Origin: Tubiluchus corallicola
Lineage: Eukaryota; Animalia; Priapulida
Direction: 5' to 3'
Assembly (NCBI GenBank): GCA_030141605.1
Contig: JAQGDQ010002385.1
Location: 1 to 64,000 of the forward strand
DNA length: 64,000 bases
Shown here: positions 30,410 to 41,621 of the stretch, in pieces
How positions within the stretch are numbered: the stretch's first letter is position 1
Layout of the letters: each line of letters opens with the position of its first letter
Made by a program: the position numbers and the translations under genes
Notes under the pieces: generated by a model
What the model was told of the DNA's origin: nothing
Database searches by the model: none
Seen by the model: the letters and a program-made list of their open reading frames with translations, nothing else

Positions 30410-30499
30410 CTAAATTAAAATTATGTTCCTTAATCTGTGAAGGATTAAATGCATATGTGAGTGATAACCAAAGACAGAAAAAACATAGGAAGCAACAGC

Positions 30500-32047
30500 A
30501 TGACAAGTACTCAACAACGTGCGGCACTGCAGCGCCAGATCTGGCAGATCGCCAACGATGTACGGGGCGCAGTAGATGGCTGGGATTTTAAGCAGTATGT
30601 ACTCGGTACGCTCTTTTATCGTTTTATCAGTGAAAATTTTGCCAGCTACATCGAAGCCGGTGATGACAGTATTCACTATGCAGAACTGGACGATGGGGTC
30701 ATCACTCCGGAAATCAAAGATGATGCCGTTAAAACCAAGGGCTATTTCATCTACCCCAGCCAGCTGTTTGCGAATATTGCAAAGGGTGCAAATACCAACG
30801 ACAGTCTGAATACCGACCTCGCCGCCATCTTTACCGCCATTGAAAGCTCTGCCAACGGTTACCCGTCGGAAGTGGATATTAAAGGCCTGTTTGCCGACTT
30901 TGATACCACCAGCAACCGCCTCGGAAATACCGTAGCCGACAAGAACACCCGTCTGGCCGCTGTGCTCAAAGGGGTGGCCGGGCTTGACTTCGGTGATTTT
31001 CACGGCAGCCAGATCGACCTGTTTGGCGATGCCTACGAGTTCCTGATCTCAAACTATGCCGCCAATGCCGGTAAATCCGGCGGTGAGTTTTTCACCCCGC
31101 AGCATGTTTCAAAACTGATCGCACAACTTGCTATGCATAAACAAGAACATGTAAACAAGATTTTTGACCCTGCCTGCGGTTCCGGTTCATTGTTGCTACA
31201 GGCTAAAAAACATTTTGATGCCCATATTGTTGAAGAAGGATTTTTCGGTCAAGAGCTTAATCATACTACATACAACTTGGCACGCATGAATATGTTTTTG
31301 CATAATATAAACTATGATAAGTTTAATATTCAGCTTGGGGATACACTGATCAATCCACACTTTGGCGATGACAAACCTTTTGATGCAATTGTTTCCAATC
31401 CACCTTATTCAGTGAAATGGATTGGATCAGATGATCCAACATTGATTAACGATGATCGTTTTGCACCTGCTGGCGTACTTGCCCCTAAATCCAAGGCAGA
31501 CTTTGCCTTTGTTCTCCATGCATTAAGTTATTTATCAAGCAAAGGACGTGCAGCAATTGTTTGCTTCCCGGGTATTTTTTACCGTGGCGGAGCGGAACAA
31601 AAAATCCGAAAATACTTGGTTGATAATAACTATGTTGAAACCGTGATTTCACTTGCACCAAACTTATTCTATGGAACAACTATTGCCGTAACGATTTTAG
31701 TTCTGGCTAAAAATAAGCCTGATACGAACGTTCAGTTTATTGATGCCAGTGGTGAAGAATTCTTTAAAAAGGCAACCAATACAAACATTATGCAGGATGA
31801 TCATATTCAAAAAGTTATGGATATATTCGACAGCAAAGAGAATGTTGCTCATACTGCTGAATCTGTGCCATATGAAAAAATTGTGGCAAATGAGTATAAT
31901 TTGTCGGTTAGCTCTTATGTTGAGGCAAGAGACACGCGTGAGGTTATTGATATTGCAAAATTAAACACCGAGATAAAAACAACGGTTGGAAAGATAGACC
32001 AGCTCCGCAATGATATTGACGCGATTATTACGGAGATCGATGCATGA
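30500..32047 (+). CDS. hsdM: Type I RM methyltransferase subunit (type IC)
   Basis: [20 protein letters not shown]; probable start 30500. Confidence 0.97.
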   Translation: MTSTQQRAALQRQIWQIANDVRGAVDGWDFKQYVLGTLFYRFISENFASYIEAGDDSIHYAELDDGVITPEIKDDAVKTKGYFIYPSQLFANIAKGANTNDSLNTDLAAIFTAIESSANGYPSEVDIKGLFADFDTTSNRLGNTVADKNTRLAAVLKGVAGLDFGDFHGSQIDLFGDAYEFLISNYAANAGKSGGEFFTPQHVSKLIAQLAMHKQEHVNKIFDPACGSGSLLLQAKKHFDAHIVEEGFFGQELNHTTYNLARMNMFLHNINYDKFNIQLGDTLINPHFGDDKPFDAIVSNPPYSVKWIGSDDPTLINDDRFAPAGVLAPKSKADFAFVLHALSYLSSKGRAAIVCFPGIFYRGGAEQKIRKYLVDNNYVETVISLAPNLFYGTTIAVTILVLAKNKPDTNVQFIDASGEEFFKKATNTNIMQDDHIQKVMDIFDSKENVAHTAESVPYEKIVANEYNLSVSSYVEARDTREVIDIAKLNTEIKTTVGKIDQLRNDIDAIITEIDA

Positions 32048-33294
32048 GTAATATGAGTTTTATAGAAAAGTTATTGGGCGGTGCAGAGGTTGAATGGTTG
32101 CCTTTGGGGGAAGTAACTCAATACGAACAACCGACTAAGTATCTTGTAAAAAACAAGAATTATAGCGATGAATTTGAAACACCTGTTTTGACAGCAGGAA
32201 AAACTTTTATTCTTGGATACACGGACGAAACTAACGGAATTAATAAGGCATCAGAAAATCCTGTAATCATTTTTGATGATTTTACTACTGCTAATAAATG
32301 GGTTGACTTCGACTTTAAAGCAAAATCATCCGCAATGAAGATGATTTCGTCTAGTAATAAAACTAAGTTTATTCTAAAATATGTGTATTATTGGATGAAC
32401 ACTTTACCGAGTGATTTGATTGATGGAGATCATAAGCGTCAATGGATCAGTAATTTTTGCAACAAAAAAATCCCCATCCCATGCCCTGATAATCCAAAGA
32501 AGTCGCTTGAGATTCAAGGGGAAATTGTCCGAATTTTGGACAATTTCACGGAGCTTACAGCGGAGCTTACAGCGGAGCTTACAGCGGAGCTTACAGCTCG
32601 TAAAAAACAATACAACTACTATCGCGACCAACTCCTTACTTTTGATGAGGATGAAGTTGAATGGAAACCTTTGGGTGATGTTGGTGATTTAGTGCGAGGT
32701 AATGGATTGCCAAAAACAGATTTTACGGAGAATGGCGTGCCAGCTATCCATTATGGTCAAATTTACACCTATTATGGCCTATCAACAAAATCTACTATTT
32801 CGTTTGTTTCTCCTGAAACTGCAGAAAAATTACGGAAAGTAAATACTGGTGATGTTATTATAACAAACACAAGCGAAAACTTCGAAGATGTAGGAAAATC
32901 TTTGGTCTATCTAGGTGAACAACAAGCTGTTACTGGAGGGCATGCAACAATATTTAAGCCTAGCAAAAAGATTTTGGGCAAATACTTCGCCTATTTTACT
33001 CAAACTGCAACATTTGAAAAATTAAAAAGAAAATATGCAAAAGGAACAAAAGTTCTTGATGTTTCTGCAACTGACATGGCGAAAATAGAAATTCCCATCC
33101 CATACCCAAACAACCCCGAAAAGTCTTTGGCTGAACAAGCCCGCATTGTTGCAATACTCGATAAGTTTGATACTCTTACAAACTCGATAAGCGAAGGGCT
33201 TCCACACGAGATTGAACTCCGCCAAAAACAATATGAATATTATAGAGATTTACTGCTAAATTTCCCAAAACCTGAGGATCAAAAATATGCCTGA
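32044..33294 (+). CDS. hsdS: Type I RM specificity subunit (EcoR124I family)
   Basis: Two TRDs, IPIP..SLEIQ.EIVRILD conserved regions, TAEL repeats, [10 protein letters not shown]. Confidence 0.96.
   Translation: MSNMSFIEKLLGGAEVEWLPLGEVTQYEQPTKYLVKNKNYSDEFETPVLTAGKTFILGYTDETNGINKASENPVIIFDDFTTANKWVDFDFKAKSSAMKMISSSNKTKFILKYVYYWMNTLPSDLIDGDHKRQWISNFCNKKIPIPCPDNPKKSLEIQGEIVRILDNFTELTAELTAELTAELTARKKQYNYYRDQLLTFDEDEVEWKPLGDVGDLVRGNGLPKTDFTENGVPAIHYGQIYTYYGLSTKSTISFVSPETAEKLRKVNTGDVIITNTSENFEDVGKSLVYLGEQQAVTGGHATIFKPSKKILGKYFAYFTQTATFEKLKRKYAKGTKVLDVSATDMAKIEIPIPYPNNPEKSLAEQARIVAILDKFDTLTNSISEGLPHEIELRQKQYEYYRDLLLNFPKPEDQKYA
32549..32597 (+). repeat. 12-bp tandem repeat (GAGCTTACAGCG, ~4 units) encoding three TAEL repeats
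   Basis: Seen directly in the sequence. Confidence 0.95.
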
Positions 33295-36200
33295 ACAAAC
33301 TAAACCTATCGCAGAGTCAAAAAACTTTATCGTCCTTGATAAATATACCAAAGAATGGGAGATTGCTGAAAGCTATCAAAGTGAAGCAGATTTGGAGCGT
33401 GAGCTTATCCGTGATTTAGTTAATCAAGGTTATGAGTTTTTACCTGAACTAACAACCCCAGATGCGATGCTTTCTAATGTGAGATTGCAGTTGCAAGCTT
33501 TGAACAACGTAATCTTTTCTGAAGGTGAATGGTTACGATTTGTTGAAACTTACTTAGATAAACCCAGTGATAATCTGATCGATAAAACCCGTAAAATCCA
33601 TGACGATTATATCCATGATTTCACATTTGATGATGGTCGCATTCAAAACATCTACCTGCTTGATAAAGCAAATATCTCTCGCAATAAGGTGCAAGTAATA
33701 AAACAATTTGAACAAACCGGCACACATGCAAACCGCTATGACGTAACAATATTGGTTAACGGTTTGCCATTGGTTCAGATCGAACTTAAAAAGCGTGGTG
33801 TTGCTATCCGTGAGGCTTTTAACCAAGTCCACCATTATAGCAAAGAAAGCTTTAACTCTGAGCATTCTTTGTTTAAATATTTGCAAATGTTTGTTATTTC
33901 CAATGGTACGGATAGTCGTTATTTTGCCAACACAACAAAGCGTAATAAAAACAGCTTTGATTTTACGATGAATTGGGCAAAGTCAGATAATAACCTGATT
34001 AAAGATTTAAAAGATTTTACGGCGACTTTCTTTCAGAAAAACACCTTGCTCAATGTATTGCTTCATTACTCTGTTTTTGATGTTAATGATACATTATTGA
34101 TTATGCGTCCTTATCAGATTGCGGCTACTGAGCGTATTTTATGGAAAGTCAAAAGTTCGTATCAGGCTAAAAATTGGTGTAAGCCTGAAAGCGGCGGATA
34201 TGTGTGGCATACAACAGGTTCCGGAAAAACTTTGACCAGCTTTAAAGCTGCACGTTTGGCCACAGAACTTGATTTCATTGATAAGGTGTTTTTTGTGGTT
34301 GATAGAAAAGACCTCGACTATCAAACCATGAAAGAATATCAACGTTTTTCACCTGATAGCGTGAATGGTTCTGATAGCACTGCGGGGTTAAAGAAAAATC
34401 TTAGTAAAGATGATAACAAAATCATCGTTACCACAATCCAAAAGCTCAACAACCTGATGAAAAGTGAAAATGATTTAGATATTTATAACAAACAGGTGGT
34501 GTTTATTTTTGATGAATGCCATCGCAGCCAGTTTGGTGAGGCTCAGAAAAACCTAAAGAAGAAGTTTAAGCAGTTTTATCAATTTGGTTTCACAGGTACG
34601 CCAATATTTCCACATAACGCTTTGGGATCTGAAACAACAGCCAGTGTTTTTGGACGTGAGCTACATTCCTATGTAATTACCGATGCTATTCGTGATGAAA
34701 AGGTTTTGAAATTTAAGGTGGATTACAACGATGTTCGTCCGCAATTTAAAGCGATTGAATCGGAGCGAGATGAGAAAAAATTGAGTGCTGCTGAAAATAA
34801 AAAAGCCTTTTTGCATCCTGATCGTATTCGCGAAATATCCGGGTATATCTTAAATAGCTTTCGTCAAAAAACCCATCGTTTGCAAGGAGGCAACAAGGGC
34901 TTTAATGCTATGTTTGCCGTTAATAGTGTGGATGCTGCTAAGATGTATTATGAAGCCCTGAATTCATTGCAGGCTGATAGCGAGAAATCATTAAAGATTG
35001 CTACAATCTTTTCATTCAATGCGAACGAAGAACAAGATGCCGTTGGTGATATTCCTGATGAAAGCTTTGATGTTTCCGCAATGAACAGCAGCGCCAAAGA
35101 ATTCTTAAGTGCAGCTATTAAGGACTATAATGCATTTTTTAAAACCAATTTCAGCGTAGATAGCAAAGGTTTCCAAAATTATTACCGTGATTTAGCAAAG
35201 CGTGTTAAGTCACAGGAAATTGATTTGTTAATTGTGGTGGGCATGTTCTTAACCGGATTTGATGCCCCGACACTGAACACCTTGTTTGTCGATAAAAACC
35301 TGCGCTATCACGGTTTGATGCAGGCATTTTCCCGCACCAATCGCATCTATGACGCAACCAAGACATTCGGCAATATCGTTACTTTCCGGGATTTAGAGCA
35401 GGCTACTGTAGATGCCATTACTCTCTTTGGCGATAAAAACACCAAAAACGTCGTGCTTGAAAAAAGTTATAAGGAATACATGGATGGGTTTTGTGACGCA
35501 ACAACAGGGGAAGCACGCCGTGGTTTTGTAGATGTCGTGGCAGAATTGGAGCAACGCTTTCCAAACCCTGAGACAATAGTTAAGGAAGCAGACAAGAAAG
35601 CCTTTGCCAAACTCTTTGGTGAATATTTGCGCGTAGAAAATATACTTCAAAACTATGATGAATTTGCCAGTTTAAAAGCATTGCAAGCAATTGATCAAAA
35701 CGATGAGATTGCGATACAAGAATTTAAAGAAAAGCATTATTTGAATGATGATGACTTGGAGGTATTAACAGCTATTAAAATTCCTGCCGAACGTAAAATT
35801 CAAGATTATAGATCCGCATACAATGATATTCGGGACTGGCTACGCAAAGAAAAAGCTTCCGATGAGCAAGAAAAATCCTCTGTAGATTGGGAAGATGTTG
35901 TGTTTGAAGTCGACTTGCTTAAATCTCAAGAGATCAATCTAGACTACATATTAGAGCAAATATTTGAGAATAATAAAAAGGTAAAAGACAAGTCTGAGCT
36001 CGTTGAAGATGTGCAAAGAATGATCCGCTCCAGCCTTGGCAATCGAGCTAAAGAGAGTTTGTTGGTTGATTTTATTAACCAAACAGATCTTGATAAAATT
36101 GGCGATAAAGCAAGTGTGATTGATGCTTTCTTTACTTTTGCTCAAAGTGAACAAAAACGTGAAGCGGAGGAATTAATCAGCTCTGAAAGCTTAGATAAAG

Positions 36201-36388
36201 AAGCCGCAAAGCGTTATATAACTGCTTCAATTAAACGTGAATTTGCGACTGAAAACGGAACAGAGTTAAACTCTATATTGCCTAAAATGAGTCCTCTAAA
36301 CCCAGAATACCTAACCAAGAAACAAACCGTTTTTCAAAAGATATCTGCATTCGTTGAAAAATTTAAAGGCGTAGGCGGAGAGATTTAA
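33287..36388 (+). CDS. hsdR: Type I RM restriction subunit (EcoR124I-like)
   Basis: [17 protein letters not shown] nuclease motif, [35 protein letters not shown]. Confidence 0.97.
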   Translation: MPEQTKPIAESKNFIVLDKYTKEWEIAESYQSEADLERELIRDLVNQGYEFLPELTTPDAMLSNVRLQLQALNNVIFSEGEWLRFVETYLDKPSDNLIDKTRKIHDDYIHDFTFDDGRIQNIYLLDKANISRNKVQVIKQFEQTGTHANRYDVTILVNGLPLVQIELKKRGVAIREAFNQVHHYSKESFNSEHSLFKYLQMFVISNGTDSRYFANTTKRNKNSFDFTMNWAKSDNNLIKDLKDFTATFFQKNTLLNVLLHYSVFDVNDTLLIMRPYQIAATERILWKVKSSYQAKNWCKPESGGYVWHTTGSGKTLTSFKAARLATELDFIDKVFFVVDRKDLDYQTMKEYQRFSPDSVNGSDSTAGLKKNLSKDDNKIIVTTIQKLNNLMKSENDLDIYNKQVVFIFDECHRSQFGEAQKNLKKKFKQFYQFGFTGTPIFPHNALGSETTASVFGRELHSYVITDAIRDEKVLKFKVDYNDVRPQFKAIESERDEKKLSAAENKKAFLHPDRIREISGYILNSFRQKTHRLQGGNKGFNAMFAVNSVDAAKMYYEALNSLQADSEKSLKIATIFSFNANEEQDAVGDIPDESFDVSAMNSSAKEFLSAAIKDYNAFFKTNFSVDSKGFQNYYRDLAKRVKSQEIDLLIVVGMFLTGFDAPTLNTLFVDKNLRYHGLMQAFSRTNRIYDATKTFGNIVTFRDLEQATVDAITLFGDKNTKNVVLEKSYKEYMDGFCDATTGEARRGFVDVVAELEQRFPNPETIVKEADKKAFAKLFGEYLRVENILQNYDEFASLKALQAIDQNDEIAIQEFKEKHYLNDDDLEVLTAIKIPAERKIQDYRSAYNDIRDWLRKEKASDEQEKSSVDWEDVVFEVDLLKSQEINLDYILEQIFENNKKVKDKSELVEDVQRMIRSSLGNRAKESLLVDFINQTDLDKIGDKASVIDAFFTFAQSEQKREAEELISSESLDKEAAKRYITASIKREFATENGTELNSILPKMSPLNPEYLTKKQTVFQKISAFVEKFKGVGGEI

Positions 36389-36415
36389 GGAATATGAGCA
36401 ACTGATGGAGCAGAA

Positions 36416-37699
36416 ATGGCAGCACATCATACAACAAAAGAACAACGCCGAATGCTTGCAGACAGGATGAAAAATCCTGATGATGAGTTAAAGCTCGTTA
36501 TTGTTAGGGATATGTGGCTGACAGGGTTTGATGCTCCTTCTATGCATACGCTTTATATTGATAAGCCTATGAAGGGACATAATCTTATGCAGGCAATCGC
36601 TCGGGTAAACCGTGTTTATAAGGATAAGCCGGGTGGACTTGTTGTTGATTATCTCGGTATTGCTTCGGATTTGAAAAAGGCATTGTCCTTTTATTCAGAT
36701 AGTGGCGGAAAAGGTGACCCTGCAATTGCTCAGGAACAAGCCGTTAGCATGATGTTGGAAAAACTGGAAGTGGTCTCTCAAATGTTTCATGGCTTTACTT
36801 ATGAGGATTATTTCAATGCGGACACTTCGACAAAACTTTCAACAATCCTTGCTGCTGAAAACCATATTTTAGGGCTTGAAAATGGAAAGAAGAGATTTAT
36901 TGATGAAGTATCCGCTCTTTCACAAGCTCTGGCAATTGCCATTCCACATGAACAGGCAATGGATGTTAAAGAAGAAGTCGCTTTCTTCCAAGCCATAAAA
37001 GCTAGGTTATGTAAATTTGATAGCAATGCATCCGGAAAAACAGATGAAGAAATAGAAACAGCGATAAGACAAGTTATTGATGAAGCTCTTGTTTCAAATC
37101 AGGTGGTGGATGTGTTTGATGCTGCCGGCATTAAAAAGCCTGATATCTCAATTTTATCCGAAGACTTCTTGCTTGAGATTAAGGGGATGGAACATAAAAA
37201 TGTTGCCCTTGAGACATTGAAGAAACTTCTCAATGATGAAATCAAAACCCGCACGAAAAAGAACCTTGTGCAGAGCCGATCTTTGATGGAGATGTTGGAA
37301 AATTCTATTAAGAAATACCATAACAAAGTGCTGACCGCAGCGGAGGTTATTGATGAGCTGATAAAATTAAGCAAAGATATTCAAAAGATGGATAAAGAAC
37401 CGGAAGAAATGGGATTATCCGAGTTTGAATACGCTTTTTACACAGCTGTTGCAAACAATGACAGTGCAAGAGAGTTGATGCAACAAGATAAACTGAGAGA
37501 GTTAGCAGTTGTTCTGACTGAAAAAATCAAACAAAATGCATCTATTGATTGGACGATTAAAGAAAGCGTGAAATCAAAACTAAAGGTGATCGTAAAAAGA
37601 ACACTACGTCATTTCGGCTATCCACCAGACATGCAAAAACTTGCAACTGAAACTGTTTTGAAACAGGCTGAATTAATCGCAAATGAAGTGATAGGATAA
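36416..37699 (+). pseudogene. hsdR: C-terminal half of a second, different HsdR (DUF3387-type tail)
   Basis: Has MWLTGFDAP and [10 protein letters not shown] plus DWT...L...GYPPD tail, but lacks nuclease, Walker A and DEAD motifs. Confidence 0.85.
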
Positions 37700-37708
37700 G
37701 GAGAAAAT

Positions 37709-39775
37709 ATGCAAGCACAAGAAAAAACACTTATAGAATTTTTAAGAGATAAACAGCAATTTACAATTCCTATTTATCAAAGAACATACAGCTGGACATC
37801 AAAACAATGCCTTAAGCTTTGGGAAGATATTCAAGAAATTGCAAATAATGGTGAAGTTGAATATCACTTTATGGGATCTATTGTGAGAATTAAAAGAAAG
37901 CTCGACACAAGCGAGATTTCTCAACAAATAATCATTGATGGCCAGCAAAGAATTACCACTCTGTTATTGCTTATCTCGGCGCTTATTCAAGCAACACAAA
38001 GCAAAGAACGTTCTGAAGAATTGCAAGAATTATATCTGATTAACCGACATGGAAAAGATGAACTCAAATATAAAATGCTACTTACACAACAGGACAAATC
38101 ATCTTTGATCGATATTATAGAAAATCGTCCTAACGCAGTATTAAATTCAAAAAGAATTAAAGAGAACTTTGAATTTTTCAAAGAAGAGATAGCAAAATCA
38201 AACCCTGAAAAAATATATGCAGGAATTAGAAAACTTATGATTGTAGATATTTCTCTCGATCCTGAACATGATAATCCCCAACTTATATTTGAAAGCCTAA
38301 ACTCAACAGGACTGGAATTATCACAAGCAGATCTTATCCGGAATTATGTTTTAATGGGATTAGCCCCTAAGCATCAAGAGGAGCTTTATCATAATTACTG
38401 GAGAGCGATGGAAAAAGACTTTGGCCAAACAGACTATACACTCTTCTTTGATCGTTTTATGCGTGATTATTTGACCATTAAAACAGGGACAATCCCAAAT
38501 ATCAAAAATGTTTATGAAACATTTAAAATTTATTTTTCTAAGCAAGGAGGTATTGATAACGTTGATAATGTTATTGCTGATGTACACAAGTATTCAAAAT
38601 ACTTCGTACGAATGGCTTTAGAAAAAGAAGAAAATATAAAATTAAGAGAAGCGTTTTCTGATCTTAACGATTTAAAGGTTGATGTTGCCTACCCATTTTT
38701 GCTGAATATTTATAGTGATTTTGAAGAAGGTACTATCAATCAAGAAGCTTTCTTGGATGTTTTAAACTTCATTCAAAGCTACGTATTTAGAAGATTTGTG
38801 TGTGGGATTCCTACTAATTCCTTAAATAAAACTTTTGCAACTTTATATAAATCAATAGATAAAGAAAATTACTTAGACAGCCTAAAAGCCGCTTTTGTTT
38901 TCATGTCAAATTACAGACGTTTCCCAAGTGATATTGAGTTTACTAAAGAGCTGAAAGAAAAAGATTTATACAACACAAAGAATAGAAATTTCTGGTTAAG
39001 AAGATTTGAAAATTATAACAGAAAAGAACGTGTCAAAGTAGAAGAATATACCATTGAACATATCATGCCTCAAAATACCAACCTTTCAAATGAATGGAAA
39101 GAAATGTTGGGAGAAAATTGGAAATACGTTCATGAAAATTACTTGCACACAATTGGCAATTTAACTTTAACAGGTTATAACTCAGAGCTAAGTGATAAAC
39201 CTTTCTTTCAAAAGAAAAGTATGGAAGGTGGTTTTGACGATAGTCCTTTAAGACTTAACAGAAGTTTGCAACAAGTTTCTGATTGGAATGAAATAACGAT
39301 CAAAGAAAGGGCTGAGGTGCTTGCAAAAACCATGATCGAAATATGGGCATATCCGACGGTATCAGAAGAAGTTCTAGAAAAATATAAACCTGAAATAGAG
39401 AAGAAAGAAGGAAAAGTCTATACAATTGAAGATCATCCTTTCCTAACAGAAGGACCAATGAAAGAATTATTTGAAATCGTTCGAAAAAGAATTCTTAACA
39501 TTGATGCTTCTGTTAAAGAGGAGTTTTTAAAGCTGTATGTTGCTTATAAGGCGGCTACAAACTTTGTAGATATAGTGCCTCAGAAAAGCAAACTGCGTCT
39601 TTCTTTAAATATAGACTATGAAGAAATATATGACCCTAAAAACATTTGCACAGACGTTACAAACAAAGGTCGCTGGGGCAATGGAAATACAGAGGTTAAT
39701 TTATCCTCTCCTGAACAATTAGAGGACGTTCTTGATCTGATCAAACAGGCATTTGAAAAAAACTCAGAAAGTTAA
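37709..39775 (+). CDS. GmrSD-family (DUF262+DUF1524) restriction enzyme with extra C-terminal domain (DUF5655-like)
   Basis: IPIYQR.YSW, IIDGQQRITT, IFESLNSTG; HNH-type TIEHIMPQ..IGNLTL..N; C-terminal KLYVAYK...GRWGNG. Confidence 0.9.
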   Translation: MQAQEKTLIEFLRDKQQFTIPIYQRTYSWTSKQCLKLWEDIQEIANNGEVEYHFMGSIVRIKRKLDTSEISQQIIIDGQQRITTLLLLISALIQATQSKERSEELQELYLINRHGKDELKYKMLLTQQDKSSLIDIIENRPNAVLNSKRIKENFEFFKEEIAKSNPEKIYAGIRKLMIVDISLDPEHDNPQLIFESLNSTGLELSQADLIRNYVLMGLAPKHQEELYHNYWRAMEKDFGQTDYTLFFDRFMRDYLTIKTGTIPNIKNVYETFKIYFSKQGGIDNVDNVIADVHKYSKYFVRMALEKEENIKLREAFSDLNDLKVDVAYPFLLNIYSDFEEGTINQEAFLDVLNFIQSYVFRRFVCGIPTNSLNKTFATLYKSIDKENYLDSLKAAFVFMSNYRRFPSDIEFTKELKEKDLYNTKNRNFWLRRFENYNRKERVKVEEYTIEHIMPQNTNLSNEWKEMLGENWKYVHENYLHTIGNLTLTGYNSELSDKPFFQKKSMEGGFDDSPLRLNRSLQQVSDWNEITIKERAEVLAKTMIEIWAYPTVSEEVLEKYKPEIEKKEGKVYTIEDHPFLTEGPMKELFEIVRKRILNIDASVKEEFLKLYVAYKAATNFVDIVPQKSKLRLSLNIDYEEIYDPKNICTDVTNKGRWGNGNTEVNLSSPEQLEDVLDLIKQAFEKNSES

Positions 39776-39954
39776 TTGCTTTCTGAGTTTAGCATATCAA
39801 TGTACAACAATATTTCCTTCAACCATTTTTGCTGGCTTTTGCTTTCTTCAAGTTTAAAAGCCAGATATATTTGATTTTTTGCTGTTTTATCACATGTTGA
39901 TAAAATATTAGATAAAGCTTTTTTTAATTCCTGTATAGGTATTTGATTTTGCAT
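39772..39954 (-). CDS. Small hypothetical protein after the lysis cassette
   Basis: AAGGAG RBS before ATG 39954. Confidence 0.55.
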   Translation of the reverse strand: MQNQIPIQELKKALSNILSTCDKTAKNQIYLAFKLEESKSQQKWLKEILLYIDMLNSESN

Positions 39955-39968
39955 ATTGATCTCCTTTT

Positions 39969-40184
39969 TTATTGCCCACACCGTTCCTCCCATTCCTGAT
40001 TATAGTCATCAATCTGGCGGATGGTTTCCATGGATAGCTTGTTGTCCAGCTCGTCTTCTGTGACCGTGATTGGCTTTGCCCAGAGGCAGAAATTATCGAC
40101 GGGTGTATTTGCGCATGCGTTTAGTGACAGTATCATCAGTATCATTGCGACGCTTTGCACGCCTTTTTTGAGTTTTAAGGGCAT
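39969..40184 (-). CDS. Rz1-like outer-membrane spanin (lipoprotein)
   Basis: Lipobox LNAC, internal Cys; overlaps the Rz-like gene in another frame. Confidence 0.7.
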   Translation of the reverse strand: MPLKLKKGVQSVAMILMILSLNACANTPVDNFCLWAKPITVTEDELDNKLSMETIRQIDDYNQEWEERCGQ

Positions 40185-40308
40185 CGTCTACTCCTTTTTT
40201 AAGTTGCTTGTGTTGTTCACTACTTTTACCTTTGAAGTATCCAAAGATAAAAACTGCAGAGAGCAGCCCAACAGCCACTCCCGCTTTAATTAAAAGTCCT
40301 TCGATCAT
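40093..40308 (-). CDS. Rz-like inner-membrane spanin
   Basis: N-terminal TM followed by a basic coiled region; follows holin and endolysin. Confidence 0.65.
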   Translation of the reverse strand: MIEGLLIKAGVAVGLLSAVFIFGYFKGKSSEQHKQLKKGVDDALKTQKRRAKRRNDTDDTVTKRMRKYTRR

Positions 40309-40544
40309 TTCTTCTCCTTACTTTGAATGCCTTTTTCAAAAACACCGATCCCAAGAAGTCCGCCACCGGATATTAAAAACATGTTAATAATCCCAAGAGC
40401 GGTTGCAGCGTCGGCAGCACCTTTTGATAAGCTGTAAATGAATAAAATGACTGAGAATAAAATCCCAATCCCGAGAACGATTGATCCCCAAAGACGTTTT
40501 GAGGATTTGTTGCCATTGGCATCTTCTAAAAAACTGTTTGTCAT
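40305..40544 (-). CDS. Putative holin
   Basis: 79 aa, two TM segments, GNKSSKR motif, charged C-terminus, adjacent to endolysin. Confidence 0.65.
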   Translation of the reverse strand: MTNSFLEDANGNKSSKRLWGSIVLGIGILFSVILFIYSLSKGAADAATALGIINMFLISGGGLLGIGVFEKGIQSKEKK

Positions 40545-40546
40545 GG

Positions 40547-40942
40547 TTAAACTCCTTTTAATTCAAAATGTGGTAAGTCGAAAAATGTTTGATCGTGAAG
40601 ATCGTTATCACCGTCCCAGTCAGCTCCGCATCGAATGGAAATACCAAGCTGATCCGCAACTCCTTTGACGTATCCAACAAAGTGATAAAAGCGGATGCGG
40701 TCGTTCCAGTTAATTGGATATGGAGCCACATCCACTGCAATGGACGGATTTTCGTTGTGTTTACTAAAACCTGCACGAAGTTTGGATTTGCCTTGATGAT
40801 AAAGCTCTTCCTGACGCTCAAATGATCTGTGACCTTCCAAAATGGTGCAGTCATATTTTTTGATGACTTCATTAAAAAGTCTCTGCAAATCGGCATGACA
40901 AGTCGCCAGCCGTTCCGCAGAACGGTTGCTGAATTTAGGCAT
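40547..40942 (-). CDS. Endolysin, M15 L-Ala-D-Glu peptidase family
   Basis: EGHRS..RQ..L, SKH..AVD, DLPHFE zinc motifs. Confidence 0.92.
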   Translation of the reverse strand: MPKFSNRSAERLATCHADLQRLFNEVIKKYDCTILEGHRSFERQEELYHQGKSKLRAGFSKHNENPSIAVDVAPYPINWNDRIRFYHFVGYVKGVADQLGISIRCGADWDGDNDLHDQTFFDLPHFELKGV

Positions 40943-40961
40943 ATTATTCTCCTGAAGTTGG

Positions 40962-41612
40962 TTAGTGAGTTATTTTGAGGCCTTTGTAGGTTAATCCCGA
41001 AAGGTCTCCATTGAGATCATCGAGCGTGCGTTCTGCATCAATGATCGTTGCATGAAAGGCCGCAAGAAGCAGACCTAACATTCCGTTGAGACGAGCTACG
41101 TTATTTTCATAAAACGAACTCATGCAAGTATCTTCGATACCGTCCATCACAAAAGAAACTGAACGGCTGTGCCATTTTGCAAACTTCTTAATGACGGGGT
41201 TTGGTATCCCCATGTCTTTTGCTTCTTGTTCATATTCTTTAACGGAAGCAGTTACGATCTTGGTTATGTAATCTTTAAGCTCTATCCGACGCATTTTGGG
41301 GATATCTTTATTTCCAACGACCTCACGCATGACAATATCGAACACTCGAAACTTGATATGCAGAAAGTCCTTGAATATAAGATCACGGGCTGGCTCCTCA
41401 ATCTCTATGGCATCAATTCCTATCTTGCGCCAATAGTCCATTGAGCAGAAGAAAGAATGCTTGATCAGTTGGGATTGCTTGAGTGTTTTCCGTGTAAAAA
41501 GAGTTGTCTTTTCTGCCCACTTCTTTAAAAGCGGAATGGCAACGGTTAAAATCACTGCAATTGCAACTGTCCACAGACCATACTGGTCAATCATCGAAAC
41601 ATATTCTTTCAT
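40962..41612 (-). CDS. Phage membrane-anchored hypothetical protein
   Basis: N-terminal TM; between late control D and endolysin. Confidence 0.6.
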   Translation of the reverse strand: MKEYVSMIDQYGLWTVAIAVILTVAIPLLKKWAEKTTLFTRKTLKQSQLIKHSFFCSMDYWRKIGIDAIEIEEPARDLIFKDFLHIKFRVFDIVMREVVGNKDIPKMRRIELKDYITKIVTASVKEYEQEAKDMGIPNPVIKKFAKWHSRSVSFVMDGIEDTCMSSFYENNVARLNGMLGLLLAAFHATIIDAERTLDDLNGDLSGLTYKGLKITH

Positions 41613-41621
41613 TTTATTTCC

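Noticed and set aside
30410-31003. 197-aa antisense ORF over hsdM, and similar shadow ORFs (25358-25858, 26269-26837, 56987-57589)
   Set aside because: They overlap well-supported genes and show no motifs; probably codon-bias shadows
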